A DNA stretch of 64,000 bases from an uncultured Desulfarculus sp. (GTDB lineage Bacteria; Desulfobacterota; Desulfarculia; Desulfarculales; Desulfarculaceae), in the NCBI GenBank assembly GCA_963665125.2, contig CAXXUK010000001.1:1760001-1824000 (forward strand), in the 5' to 3' direction. Both the position numbers and the translations under genes were made by a program. The notes beneath the pieces are model-generated. The model was not told the DNA's origin and did not search any database. It saw nothing but the letters and a program-made list of their open reading frames with translations. This document shows positions 1 to 9,254 of this stretch, one piece after another (the first letter of the stretch is position 1; each line of letters opens with the position of its first letter).

Positions 1-372
1 GGCCTCGACGTATTTTTCCTGCTCAAAACGCACCACGGCCAGGTTTTGGGCCGCGGCTGCATAGCAGGGATAAATTTTCAGGGACTCGGTAAACAACTCG
101 GCGGCCTTTTTGAGCTGCTTTTGCTGGTAGGCCAAGATGCCCCTGTAAAAACACAGATAGTGGTCTTTGGTGTCGGGGTTTTCCTTGGCCCATTTATCCA
201 GGTCGGCGGCAGCCTGTTTTTCCTTTTTCTCGGATACAAGCTTTTGGGCCGCATGCACCGCCGCCTGCACGGTACGCGACATTGCCGGTTCGCGGGGGCA
301 GTCCCGGGCAATGGCCGGGGCTGCCCACAACAGGCACATCAACATCGATATTATTGCCGTTGTCTTTTTCAT
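1..372 (-). CDS. TPR-containing periplasmic protein (TtpD-like), truncated by the left window edge
   Basis: Not in the ORF track because it runs off the edge. ATG at 372-370 overlaps the TonB stop (ATGA). Manual translation MKKTTAIISMLMCLLWAAPAIA... gives a signal peptide, then TPR-like helices (YRGILAYQQKQLKKAAELFTESL; AAQNLAVVRFEQEKYVEA). Confidence 0.75.
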   Translation of the reverse strand, partial: MKKTTAIISMLMCLLWAAPAIARDCPREPAMSRTVQAAVHAAQKLVSEKKEKQAAADLDKWAKENPDTKDHYLCFYRGILAYQQKQLKKAAELFTESLKIYPCYAAAAQNLAVVRFEQEKYVEA

Positions 373-1019
373 CGCCTGTCCAGGGAGAATCGGACCGAAG
401 TCTCGACCCATGTTTCCACCGGAGCGCCGTCCTTACGCCCCGGCTTGAAGCGCCAGCGCCGGACCGTGCGAAGGACCGTCTCCTCGAACACCCCCGTGGG
501 CTCGGCCCTAAGCACTTCCAGATGGCGCACGTTGCCTTCCAGGTCCACCAGGAACCTGATATCCACAAAGCCTTCGATGCCCCGCCGCCGGGCCAGATAG
601 GGATACGGCGGAGGGATGCGTCCCGTGGCCATGGGCAGAGTGTCCACGTCGCCCAGTTCGAAACGGGCCGGACCGGGCGGGGCCACGGCCATGCCCATGT
701 TCAGCCGCGGGTTGACGTCAAAGCTCAGTTGAGGCCGCTGAAGGCTGACCGTGGTGGACAGCGGCTTCATTTCGATCACCTTGGCCTGGAGTTTGGGCGG
801 CGGCGGCGGCGGCGTGGGCTCGGGCTCATCGATTTTGGGCTTATTGATGGGCATGAAGGTTGTCACCTCGTTGAGCACCGGACCGCTGGTATGCTCCAGA
901 TTGCGCTGCAACATCGGCGCGCCGCAAAACACCAGCAGGTTTATGCCCAGGGCGCACAGCAGCGCCATGAGCATGGCTCGGCCCCTGATGCGGCCGTTAT
1001 TGCGCCTGGCCAGATTCAA
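369..1019 (-). CDS. tonB: TonB energy transducer
   Basis: N-terminal TM, Pro-rich linker (EPEPTPPPPPP) and TonB C-domain (PPYPYLARRRGIEGFVDIRFLVDLEG...WRFKPG). Probable TTG start at 1019 overlaps the exbD stop, with GGAGG upstream. Confidence 0.9.
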   Translation of the reverse strand: MNLARRNNGRIRGRAMLMALLCALGINLLVFCGAPMLQRNLEHTSGPVLNEVTTFMPINKPKIDEPEPTPPPPPPKLQAKVIEMKPLSTTVSLQRPQLSFDVNPRLNMGMAVAPPGPARFELGDVDTLPMATGRIPPPYPYLARRRGIEGFVDIRFLVDLEGNVRHLEVLRAEPTGVFEETVLRTVRRWRFKPGRKDGAPVETWVETSVRFSLDRR

Positions 1020-1447
1020 TTGGCCCTCCGGTTGGCCGCCACGGATACGTTTTTGGCTCCTGCCAATCTGCACTGGTCCAGAACCTCGATAACCCGTCCG
1101 GTCATGCTAGCCTTGTCGGCGATCACCACAATGCCGCCCTTGGGGTCTTCCGCCAAATACCGCTCCACCAGACCCCGGATGCTGCGCAGGTCCACCTGCC
1201 TGCGGTCCATGAAGACACGGCCCTGTTTGTCCACGGCCACCATCATGGCCGCCTTGTCCCTGGTCGTGGCCGTGGAGGCTGTCGGCCGTTGAACGTCGAC
1301 GCCCGCCTCCCGCACGAAGCTGGTTGTAACCAGGAAGAAGATCAAGAGGATGAAGACCATATCGATAAGGGGAGCCATGTCGATCTGGCTGTCTTCATTG
1401 AGGGTGTCTCCCCCGAAACGGCCCAATCTGCCCCGTAAGCCACTCAT
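1016..1447 (-). CDS. exbD: ExbD/TolR biopolymer transport protein
   Basis: Signature IDMAPLIDMVFILLIFFLVTTSF; ADK motif. Confidence 0.93.
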   Translation of the reverse strand: MSGLRGRLGRFGGDTLNEDSQIDMAPLIDMVFILLIFFLVTTSFVREAGVDVQRPTASTATTRDKAAMMVAVDKQGRVFMDRRQVDLRSIRGLVERYLAEDPKGGIVVIADKASMTGRVIEVLDQCRLAGAKNVSVAANRRAN

Positions 1448-2059
1448 TTAAAAAGCCTCCCTGGATTCAAGCCAGCTGGCCACTGCCCGCTGGAAGGAAA
1501 GCAGACGGTTGATTTGTTTACGCACGCCCCGCCGCAAGGCCCATCCGGCCAAGACGCCGGGTATGGCCACCATCAGCCCGGTCTGGGTGGTGATCAGGGC
1601 CTCGCTGATGCCCCCGGCCATGGCCTGGGCATTACCCGTGCCAAAGATGCCGATTACCTCGAAGGTGTCGATCATGCCGGTTACCGTGCCCAACAGGCCC
1701 AACAGCGGCGCCGCCGCGGCTAGGATCAATATGGCGTCCATATGCCGCCACAGACGCGGGGCCTGATGGCGCACCGACATTTCCCAAAGGCTCAGGTCGG
1801 CCTTGCCGCCCCGGCCCGGCTGGGCCATGAAATATTCCAGCGCACCGGCCATTGGCCCGGTCTCCGGCGGAGGCGGAGAGGCCTTGCCCAAAAGGCATTG
1901 GGTGGCCAACACCAAGTCTATATGCTCCCGGCCCGTTCGCCAAAGCCATAGCGACTTGGCCATGATCAGCGTCCACAGCCAAAGCGAGACGGCCAACAGC
2001 GGCCACATCACCGGCCCTCCGGCCAGGATGAAAAACCAGGCGTTTTCCAAAAAGTCCAC
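1448..2059 (-). CDS. exbB: ExbB (MotA/TolQ/ExbB proton channel)
   Basis: [14 protein letters not shown]...[15 protein letters not shown] motif. Confidence 0.92.
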   Translation of the reverse strand: MDFLENAWFFILAGGPVMWPLLAVSLWLWTLIMAKSLWLWRTGREHIDLVLATQCLLGKASPPPPETGPMAGALEYFMAQPGRGGKADLSLWEMSVRHQAPRLWRHMDAILILAAAAPLLGLLGTVTGMIDTFEVIGIFGTGNAQAMAGGISEALITTQTGLMVAIPGVLAGWALRRGVRKQINRLLSFQRAVASWLESREAF

Positions 2060-2062
2060 GTC

Positions 2063-3442
2063 CTAGGCTCCCGCCTTCATCATGGCCGCGGCCAGGGCCA
2101 GGGCCTTTTCTTCCATGTCGCCGGCGATACGCTGGACCCGGCGCCCCAACAGGGCGGCGGCGATCAGAATCGGAATGGCCACGGCCAGGCCCAATTGGGT
2201 TGTGATCAGGGCCTCGCTGATGCCACCCGCCATGAGCCTGGGGTCGCCCGTGCCGTGCACGGTGATCACATGGAAGGTGTTGATCATACCGGTGACCGTG
2301 CCCAACAGGCCCAATAGCGGCGATACTCCCGCCAGTACCTTGAGCACCTGGATAAAGCGCTCCAGGCGGGGCATTTCCCGCAGAATCGCCTCGGACAGGC
2401 CGCTTTCCACAACTTCCTGGGGCTGCCCCAGCAGGGCCAAACCGGCCTTGATAACGTTGCTGGTGGGCCGGCCTTCCTGGTTGTCGGCCTCGGCAATGGC
2501 TCCGGCTATGTCGCCCTGGGCCACCTTGGCCGATACATTGCTCATCAGTTCGTCGGTGTTGGCCCGCACCCGGCGCAAAAACACCAGGCGCTCTCCGATC
2601 AGGCCGATAGCCACCAAGCCGACCAGCAGGATGGGCCAAACCAGGGGGCCGCCGCTGAGCACGCGCTCGGTGAATGTGCTGCGCCGGGCCAGTTGCCTGA
2701 GCGCCGCGCCGCCGCTGATATCCATGGTCACCGCATCGGCGCCGCTGAAATAGGCGTCCACCGACCCGCCGACTCCCCAGGGCAGATCGCCGCTGACGGC
2801 AAGCAAACGCCCAGTGGATGGTCCAAGGGTCAGATAGCCGCTTTGGCCGTTGTTATAGACGGTGCTGAATCCGCCGATGCGGATGATGTCGGCCTGGGCC
2901 GTCTGGCCGTGCTCGTCAATGTATTCGCCCTTGCGTCTGGTTATCTGGCCGCTGGCCTGCATCTCCTCGAAGAACAGATCGACCAGCTTACGGATATCAT
3001 CCAAGCCGGGAAAACGGCTCTTGCCCAGATAGGGCCGCAACTCTTCAAGACGCTGGGGGCGCTCGGCCGTCACCGGCGAACGCTCGGCCAAGGCCAGAAG
3101 CTCCCGGGCCTGGGCCCGCACGGTACCGGCCAGTTCGGCGATATCACCTTGTTTTTCAGCGACTTCCTGGCTTAGCTCGGCCCGTTGTTTGCTGACCTCC
3201 GTCAATTCCGCGCGCACCTGCTTCAGGCGCGCCTGCTCTGCGGCCAGGCTGCTCTGCAGACGGGCCACCTTGGCCCGGAGCTGTTCCTTTTCACTGGATA
3301 TATCTTGCTCGGTCATGACCCGTTCCTGGCCGGCCTGGCGCAGGTCCTGCTTGATCTCTCCGGCCACGGTGGGCAGATCAGCCGCCTGGGCGCAAACCGG
3401 AAGCAATATGATAGCCGTCAGTGCTGCAAGTAACCGCTTCAT
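2063..3442 (-). CDS. Large ExbB-family protein with periplasmic coiled-coil N-terminus (TtpC-like)
   Basis: Signal peptide, long coiled coil, C-terminal ExbB motif [14 protein letters not shown]...[14 protein letters not shown]. Confidence 0.85.
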   Translation of the reverse strand: MKRLLAALTAIILLPVCAQAADLPTVAGEIKQDLRQAGQERVMTEQDISSEKEQLRAKVARLQSSLAAEQARLKQVRAELTEVSKQRAELSQEVAEKQGDIAELAGTVRAQARELLALAERSPVTAERPQRLEELRPYLGKSRFPGLDDIRKLVDLFFEEMQASGQITRRKGEYIDEHGQTAQADIIRIGGFSTVYNNGQSGYLTLGPSTGRLLAVSGDLPWGVGGSVDAYFSGADAVTMDISGGAALRQLARRSTFTERVLSGGPLVWPILLVGLVAIGLIGERLVFLRRVRANTDELMSNVSAKVAQGDIAGAIAEADNQEGRPTSNVIKAGLALLGQPQEVVESGLSEAILREMPRLERFIQVLKVLAGVSPLLGLLGTVTGMINTFHVITVHGTGDPRLMAGGISEALITTQLGLAVAIPILIAAALLGRRVQRIAGDMEEKALALAAAMMKAGA

Positions 3443-4218
3443 GGTTTGACCTCCCCGGCGGGAGCCTTGCCCACGGGCAGTTCAATCAGGCTGACCACCC
3501 TGATGCGTTGGGCCATGTCCGCCGCTTGGGCCAACAGCCTCTCGTAATCATCCATTGCCACCCATTTGCCCGTGGCCTTGTCAAAGCGCCAAGCGCTGCG
3601 GTCGTCCAGGCCGATGGCGAAAAGGCCCAAACGCCCCAGGCGCAGTACCCGGACTTGGCGGGGGCCGCCGTCCAGATTTACTTCCTGCTCGTGCACATCC
3701 ACGGTGGTGCCGTATTGGGCCTCTATGCGCAGGGCCTCCATCAGGCGGCGGGCCTTTTGGGCCGGAGAGGCATCATAATCGCCTAGTTTATCCGCCAGGT
3801 CCTTGAGCCTGTCCTGGCGCTCCTCGGCCAGGAACGGCATATCCTGGGCCACGAAGTCGGCAAGCCGGGTCATGGTCTCGTCCATGAACGGCTCCAACTC
3901 GGCCCGGATGCGCTCGATCTCTTTAAGCTTGTGCTCAAGATCGGCGACCTTTTGCTTTTGGCTGTCCAGATAGATCTCGGCCTTTTTTCTCTGTTTGGTG
4001 GTAACCTCAAGCTCGCGCTCCAAGGCCTCGGCCTTGTCCATGAGTTCCGCCTCCTCGGCGGCCCATTTGTCGAACTTTTTCTGGGTGCCCACTCTGGTCT
4101 GAACAGCGGCCTCGGCGTCACTGCGGACGCCTGAAGCAGTGGCCAGCGGTTGCTCGGCCCAGGCAGGGCTGCTCATCAGGCAACAAACGACGATGGCGAT
4201 AAACAGTTTTTTCGGCAT
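3439..4218 (-). CDS. DUF3450-like periplasmic coiled-coil protein (TtpB-like)
   Basis: Signal peptide, coiled coil, DMPFLAEERQDRL...EAQYG...LRLGRLGL pattern; first gene of a TonB operon. Confidence 0.8.
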   Translation of the reverse strand: MPKKLFIAIVVCCLMSSPAWAEQPLATASGVRSDAEAAVQTRVGTQKKFDKWAAEEAELMDKAEALERELEVTTKQRKKAEIYLDSQKQKVADLEHKLKEIERIRAELEPFMDETMTRLADFVAQDMPFLAEERQDRLKDLADKLGDYDASPAQKARRLMEALRIEAQYGTTVDVHEQEVNLDGGPRQVRVLRLGRLGLFAIGLDDRSAWRFDKATGKWVAMDDYERLLAQAADMAQRIRVVSLIELPVGKAPAGEVKP

Positions 4219-4239
4219 GTAAGTGCTCTTGTGCTCCGG

Positions 4240-4282
4240 TAAAAAAACAAAACCCCAGCCTTTTCATAAAAAAGACTGGGGG
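4240..4282 (-). terminator. Intrinsic terminator in the riboswitch leader (expression platform)
   Basis: Minus strand CCCCAGTCTTTT-TTATG-AAAAGGCTGGGG (12-bp stem with one G-U) followed by TTTTGTTTTTTT, just upstream of the first start codon. Confidence 0.7.
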
Positions 4283-4380
4283 ACTGCACCCTGTTCTTGA
4301 TCCCTCCAGGTAGGCCCGCTGGTTACTTGAGAATTCTTCCCAAACCATGTCGATTACCCGCGACTTGTTGCGGACCCTGT

Positions 4381-4580
4381 CGGCTGGCAGGTCTTCTGGC
4401 TTCCGGTTGCAGCCTGAGGCTGCCTACGCCGCGCCTTCCCACAAGACGTTCTCGCAGTGGCTTGGGTTCTTCCTGAACCTTGTGCGGCGGGTAAACCGGT
4501 TACAGCGGCGGGACCGCGGCGGTTTTGCACCGCCTTCCCTATTAAGCCCCAAAAAGGCACCAACCTCGGGTTCCTTTTTA
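4381..4580 (-). ncRNA. Cobalamin (B12) riboswitch
   Basis: Minus strand shows GGTGCC...TAATAGGGAAGGCGGTGCAAAACCGCCGCGGTCCCGCCGCTGTAA...GCCACTG...GGGAAGG...AGCCAGAAGACCTGCC (B12 box); boundaries approximate. Confidence 0.93.
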
Positions 4581-4649
4581 GCCTATTTTATAAAGTTGTC
4601 AAGTGAATCATTACAACATAAGTCAAAACTTGTCAAAGCTTACCTTACA

Positions 4650-5375
4650 TCATAAGGCAAATCGAACTATCGAGGCGGCTGCCAGGCAGGCTGTTTCGGC
4701 CCGAAGGATGGTGCCCGGCAGGCCGCAGAGCGTAAAACCGGCGTTTTGGGCCAAAGCGACCTCGCTGTCATCAAAGCCGCCCTCCGGCCCGATGATCAGC
4801 CATACTTCCCCGGCCCGGCCGGTATCCGCCAAGGCCCGGGCCAGGCTCATGCCTTCATGGCGTTCATAGAGCATTATCTTGGCCGCGTTTTCCGGCGCGG
4901 ATTCCAGCAGGTCCGCGAAATCCACCGGCTCGAAAAACTCGGGCGTCCGTGGAGCCCCGCATTGTTTCAAGGCCTGGCCGGCCAGGCGCTGCCAGCGATC
5001 CAGACGGGCTCCGGCGTCCTTGATCTTGGGCTCGCTGCGCCGGGCCATGAACGGCCTGATCTGGTCCACGGCCAACTCGGTGAGCTTGACCGCGATTAAA
5101 TCCATTGCCGGCCCCTTGGCCAGGCCCGGACAGAGCACCAGCCGTGGTTGTAACGGCTCGGCGTCTTCAATCCGCAGCACCTTGCAGGTCATGCCCTCGC
5201 GGCCAAGCTGTAGGATCTCGGCCTCGGCCCGTTTGCCTCGGCCATCCAGCAGTTGCACCCTATCGCCCACGCCCAAGCGCAGAACTTTGCGGGCGTGATT
5301 GGCCTCGGTCTTGTCCAGTTGAACCGTCTCTTCGGCCAGATCACCGGGCGCGACCAAAAAGCGGCGCAGGCTCAT
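4650..5375 (-). CDS. rsmE: 16S rRNA m3U1498 methyltransferase
   Basis: NHARKVLRL, IIGPEGGF and ILRAETA motifs. Confidence 0.95.
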   Translation of the reverse strand: MSLRRFLVAPGDLAEETVQLDKTEANHARKVLRLGVGDRVQLLDGRGKRAEAEILQLGREGMTCKVLRIEDAEPLQPRLVLCPGLAKGPAMDLIAVKLTELAVDQIRPFMARRSEPKIKDAGARLDRWQRLAGQALKQCGAPRTPEFFEPVDFADLLESAPENAAKIMLYERHEGMSLARALADTGRAGEVWLIIGPEGGFDDSEVALAQNAGFTLCGLPGTILRAETACLAAASIVRFAL

Positions 5376-6253
5376 GTCATTACCAGTCCGGCCCAGGCCG
5401 CCATTGTGTCCTGTTCCAGCATGTGCAGGCCCAGGGACTCGAAGGCCCGCTGCACCGGTTCCACCTGGTGCACCAGCATGCCCGAGCAGATCAGATACCC
5501 GCCCTTGGCCACCTTGGCCCGCAAAGGCTCGGCCAGCGCCAGCAGATCCTTGCCGGTGAGGTTGGCCAAAACCGCGCCAAAGGTGCCCGGCACATCCTCC
5601 AGGGGCGTCTGCTCGGCGCGGACCGCATTGTCCAGGCCGTTGGCCTTGGCGTTTTCCATGGTGGCGGCTACGGCCTGGGGGTCGATATCAATGGCCAAGG
5701 CACCCAAGGCGCCCAGTTTGACCGCGGCCATGGCCAGTATGCCGCTGCCGCAGCCCACATCCAGCACCTCCGGGCCCAGGCGGCCCTTATCAGCCAGGCT
5801 TTCCATGCGCTGCAGGCAGATCAGCGTGGTTTCATGCTGGCCCGTGCCAAAGGCCTGGCCGGGGTCGATGATAATCAGCTCCTGGTCGGGATGGGGAGCG
5901 ACCGGCCTCCACGGCGGGGCCACGACCAATGTCCGGGTGACGGCCCGGGGCTCGAAATTCTGCTTCCAGTTTTCGCCCCAGTCCTGACCGGCCAGGCTCT
6001 CAAAGCGCACCACCGCGCCCGTGCCTTCGGCGGCCAGGCTGTCCACGAAGCGCTGAATGGCGGCCTTTTGACCGGCCACATCGCCTGATGCGTCCAAGTA
6101 TCCGATGACACGCTCACAGTTGATTTTTCCGGGCGCCTGGGAAGTCTCGACGCCGGCGCCCGTAAGGCCCACCAAAAAATCAGCCGCTGCGTCGGCCTGA
6201 TGCTCGGGGGCCTCGACTATAACCTGGACCCACGTTGATACGTAATCGGACAT
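5372..6253 (-). CDS. prmA: Ribosomal protein L11 methyltransferase
   Basis: DWGENWK, IDPGQAFGTGQHETT, VLDVGCGSGILA; adjacent to rsmE. Confidence 0.95.
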   Translation of the reverse strand: MSDYVSTWVQVIVEAPEHQADAAADFLVGLTGAGVETSQAPGKINCERVIGYLDASGDVAGQKAAIQRFVDSLAAEGTGAVVRFESLAGQDWGENWKQNFEPRAVTRTLVVAPPWRPVAPHPDQELIIIDPGQAFGTGQHETTLICLQRMESLADKGRLGPEVLDVGCGSGILAMAAVKLGALGALAIDIDPQAVAATMENAKANGLDNAVRAEQTPLEDVPGTFGAVLANLTGKDLLALAEPLRAKVAKGGYLICSGMLVHQVEPVQRAFESLGLHMLEQDTMAAWAGLVMT

Positions 6254-6357
6254 GGTCAAACTCTCTTCCACCCTTGGCATTGCATCCGGGTGATCGGCAG
6301 GCTAAAATTTATGGCTTGCATCATATGGCAACTTCAAGGAAAGGACAAGGACGGCCT

Positions 6358-7110
6358 GTGGATACTCAATTATTACGGCAATTATTGGAACAAGTGGCGG
6401 GCGGAAACGTAAGCCCCGACGATGCCATGAGCCGTCTGCGGTCCCTGCCCTTCGAGGACCTGGGCTTTGCCAAGGTGGACCATCACCGGGTGCTGCGCCA
6501 GGGTTTCCCGGAGGTCATCTTCGGCCAGGGCAAGACTCCGGAACAGATCGTGCGGATCGCCAAGGCCCTGCACGACCAAGGCTCTTCGGTTTTGGTAACC
6601 AGGGTCGACGACCAAAAGGCCCAGTCGGTTCTGGCGGCAATGCCGGAGCTTAAATACAACCACCAGGCCCGTTGCATGACCTTTGTCTCCACCAACCCGC
6701 CCCCGGCGGGCAAAGGAACCGTGGCCGTGGTGGCGGCGGGCACATCGGACCTGCCGGTGGCCATGGAGGCCGTGCTCACGGCGGAGCTGATGGGCTCCAA
6801 CGTGGCCAAAGTATTCGATGTGGGCGTCAGCGGCCTGCACCGTTTATTTGCCCAGGCCGACGTATTGACCAGCGCCCGGTGCTTCGTGGTGGTGGCGGGC
6901 ATGGAAGGCGCGCTGCCCTCGGTGGTGGCTGGCCTTGTGGACAAACCGGTCATCGCCGTGCCTACTTCGGTTGGCTATGGCACGGCCTTTGGCGGATTGG
7001 CCGCCCTGCTGGGCATGCTCAACTCCTGCGCGCCGGGCCTGAGCGTCGTCAACATCGACAACGGCTTTGGCGGCGGCTATCTGGCCGGCATGATCGACCA
7101 CATGGATTAA
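6358..7110 (+). CDS. larB: Nickel-pincer cofactor biosynthesis protein LarB (AIR carboxylase-like)
   Basis: [55 protein letters not shown]; probable GTG start at 6358. Confidence 0.9.
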   Translation: MDTQLLRQLLEQVAGGNVSPDDAMSRLRSLPFEDLGFAKVDHHRVLRQGFPEVIFGQGKTPEQIVRIAKALHDQGSSVLVTRVDDQKAQSVLAAMPELKYNHQARCMTFVSTNPPPAGKGTVAVVAAGTSDLPVAMEAVLTAELMGSNVAKVFDVGVSGLHRLFAQADVLTSARCFVVVAGMEGALPSVVAGLVDKPVIAVPTSVGYGTAFGGLAALLGMLNSCAPGLSVVNIDNGFGGGYLAGMIDHMD

Positions 7111-7114
7111 GGCC

Positions 7115-7564
7115 ATGCGTGCGGTGTTGCAGCGGGTATCCCAAGCCAAAGTCGAAGTGGACGGCAAAATAACCGGCCAAATCGGACACGGTCTGCTGGT
7201 GCTGTTGGGCGTGGGCCAGGATGACGGCCCGGACCAGGTGGAATGGCTGGCTAAAAAAATAGCCGGCCTGCGGATATTTCCCGACGAGGCTGACAAGCTC
7301 AACCTGTCCGTATCCGATATCGGCGGCCATGTCCTGGTGGTCAGCCAGTTCACCTTGTGGGGCGATTGCAATAAGGGCAAACGGCCGTCGTTCAGCAGGG
7401 CGGCGGCCGGTCCCTTGGCCGAACAATTGTACGAGGATTTTATCCGGGCTCTCGGAGCAATGGGCCTGAAGGTGGCCACCGGAAAATTTGGGGCAATGAT
7501 GGATGTCCATCTGGTCAACCAGGGCCCGGTGACTTTATTATTGGATACGGATAAAAAATTCTAA
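7115..7564 (+). CDS. dtd: D-aminoacyl-tRNA deacylase
   Basis: [13 protein letters not shown] and NQGPVT motifs. Confidence 0.96.
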   Translation: MRAVLQRVSQAKVEVDGKITGQIGHGLLVLLGVGQDDGPDQVEWLAKKIAGLRIFPDEADKLNLSVSDIGGHVLVVSQFTLWGDCNKGKRPSFSRAAAGPLAEQLYEDFIRALGAMGLKVATGKFGAMMDVHLVNQGPVTLLLDTDKKF

Positions 7565-7571
7565 GGAGGCC

Positions 7572-8066
7572 ATGGTGGAGCAAAAGCCCAAAGACGACCT
7601 CAGCGCATTCATTCCCGAAGGATGGGAAGGAAAATACCCCCCTTGCCTTATCCAGGTAGACGAAAACGGCAAGCTGTTTCACGATGGCGCGCCCATGATC
7701 CATCCGGGCATCCTGGAGCTTATTTACGAATCGGTTTATTTTGAAGACGGCATCTACTTTCTCAAGGTCGGTAAGCAAAGCTGCCAGTTGGAGGTGGCCG
7801 ATACATTTCATGTGGTGACGCGGGCCGAGTTTGCCGATAGCGGCGTTGAACTAACCATCAGCGACGGCTCCACCGAATCTCTGGACCCTCGCAGTCTGTG
7901 GATAGGCAATGGAGAGGTGCTCTACTGCATGATCAAGGACGGCAAGTTTCCGGCCAGATTCCTGCGCCAGGCCTATTATCAGATCACCGAGCGCCTGGTG
8001 GAGCACGACGGCGGCTTTGCCCTTGACATCGGCGGCCAGATCCACCCCCTGACTCAACGGCATTAG
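7572..8066 (+). CDS. Conserved hypothetical protein (DUF1285-like)
   Basis: Strong RBS (AGGAGG); IQVDENGKLFHDG...ARFLRQAYYQ pattern resembles DUF1285. Confidence 0.6.
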   Translation: MVEQKPKDDLSAFIPEGWEGKYPPCLIQVDENGKLFHDGAPMIHPGILELIYESVYFEDGIYFLKVGKQSCQLEVADTFHVVTRAEFADSGVELTISDGSTESLDPRSLWIGNGEVLYCMIKDGKFPARFLRQAYYQITERLVEHDGGFALDIGGQIHPLTQRH

Positions 8067-8068
8067 TC

Positions 8069-8103
8069 TTGCCGGGGCCATATCAAGGCCCCGGCAAGTT
8101 TTT
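8069..8103. terminator. Hairpin between convergent genes, probable terminator
   Basis: TTGCCGGGGCC-atatcaa-GGCCCCGGCAA followed by GTTTTT. Confidence 0.65.
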
Positions 8104-9129
8104 CTAGGCCTCTACTTCTTCCTCATCGTCGTCAGGCAGATGAACCGATCCCACGATATCCTGATTCAAGTCATGAAGCAGTTCGATGCTCGTGAGCATC
8201 TTGTTGTAGCTGTCTGCCAGATAACCAACTTCGTCGTTGCTGGACACCGGTACGGCCTGGTCCAGGTCGCCCCGTCGCACCTTGCCCATGGCCACCCGCA
8301 GTTGTTCGATGGGGTTGGCCACGCTTTTTTCCACCATCGTGGTCAGGAACCAGATAAGGGCCAGGCTCAAAACCAGCACGAAGGCCATCAAGTACAGAAG
8401 CTTCGAGGGTATGGCGTAAGGGTTGGTGTAGACTAGTTTGCTGGCGATGCGGTAGACCATGGCCGAAAGCGCAAGGATGGGAACCGCGCCGCCCAGCAAC
8501 AGGGCCAGCAGCAACCTGGCCCGCACGGGCAGGCGCAGGGTGCGCTTGAGCTCGAATATCTCGCCGCCCACGAAGAAAAGCGACCGCATGGCGTTGAACA
8601 ACCTGTCGGTATAGAAGAAAATTACCGTGGTGACGAAAACGCCCGAGGTCAAAACCCCCACCAGAACCCAGGCTGCCTCGCCGTATGGACCGGCATCGCC
8701 TTTTTCCGCCACGTACAGGGCAAAGCGCACCGAGGCCATGGTGAAAGCGGCGATGATCCACAAAAACAGGGTGACCATGCTGTAGAAAAACGGCGCGTTG
8801 ACGACCTTGCGCTGGGCCGCCGTCAACAGCTCGGCGTCCGGTTTTTGGTCGTTGGCCACCATTATCCAGCATTTCCTGATCTTGATTTGCCAGGGCATGC
8901 ACATCCCGGCCCCGGCCGCCAACAAGGCCACCGTCATGTAAAACATGATCGTGGGATATTCCTGCAAGCCAAGGAAAAGACCCGATGCATCGACGATCAT
9001 GAAATAAAAGGTGCAAAGCGTGGCGCCGATGGCGTTGATGGCCATTATGGCGAAACCGACTCTGCGGAAGAACATCGAAGGCGTGTACCGCCGCGCCAGT
9101 TCCCTAACACGTCTTCTTTTTTGTTCCAT
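8104..9129 (-). CDS. Multi-pass membrane protein with C-terminal HAMP domain and no output domain
   Basis: About six TM segments, then HAMP (NPIEQLRVAMGKVRRGDLDQAVPVSSNDEVGYLADSYNKM) and a short acidic tail; probable start MEQKRR at 9129. Confidence 0.75.
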   Translation of the reverse strand: MEQKRRRVRELARRYTPSMFFRRVGFAIMAINAIGATLCTFYFMIVDASGLFLGLQEYPTIMFYMTVALLAAGAGMCMPWQIKIRKCWIMVANDQKPDAELLTAAQRKVVNAPFFYSMVTLFLWIIAAFTMASVRFALYVAEKGDAGPYGEAAWVLVGVLTSGVFVTTVIFFYTDRLFNAMRSLFFVGGEIFELKRTLRLPVRARLLLALLLGGAVPILALSAMVYRIASKLVYTNPYAIPSKLLYLMAFVLVLSLALIWFLTTMVEKSVANPIEQLRVAMGKVRRGDLDQAVPVSSNDEVGYLADSYNKMLTSIELLHDLNQDIVGSVHLPDDDEEEVEA

Positions 9130-9197
9130 GCTCCGCCCCTTTCGTATTGTAAAAAAAAACGCGCCGTGCATTTCCCTGGCACAGCATGCCATATTAG

Positions 9198-9237
9198 AAA
9201 CGCCCGGCCAAGCCCCTTGGGGCCAAACCGGGCGTTT
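9198..9237. terminator. Inverted repeat downstream of the Na/Pi cotransporter
   Basis: AAACGCCCGG...CCGGGCGTTT with an inner GCCCC/GGGGC stem. Confidence 0.45.
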
Positions 9238-9254
9238 GATTGTGTATTAATTGG

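Noticed and set aside
4118..4348. 76-aa ORF in the riboswitch leader as a leader peptide
   Set aside because: It runs through the terminator and overlaps the first gene out of frame, with no RBS or recognisable motif.
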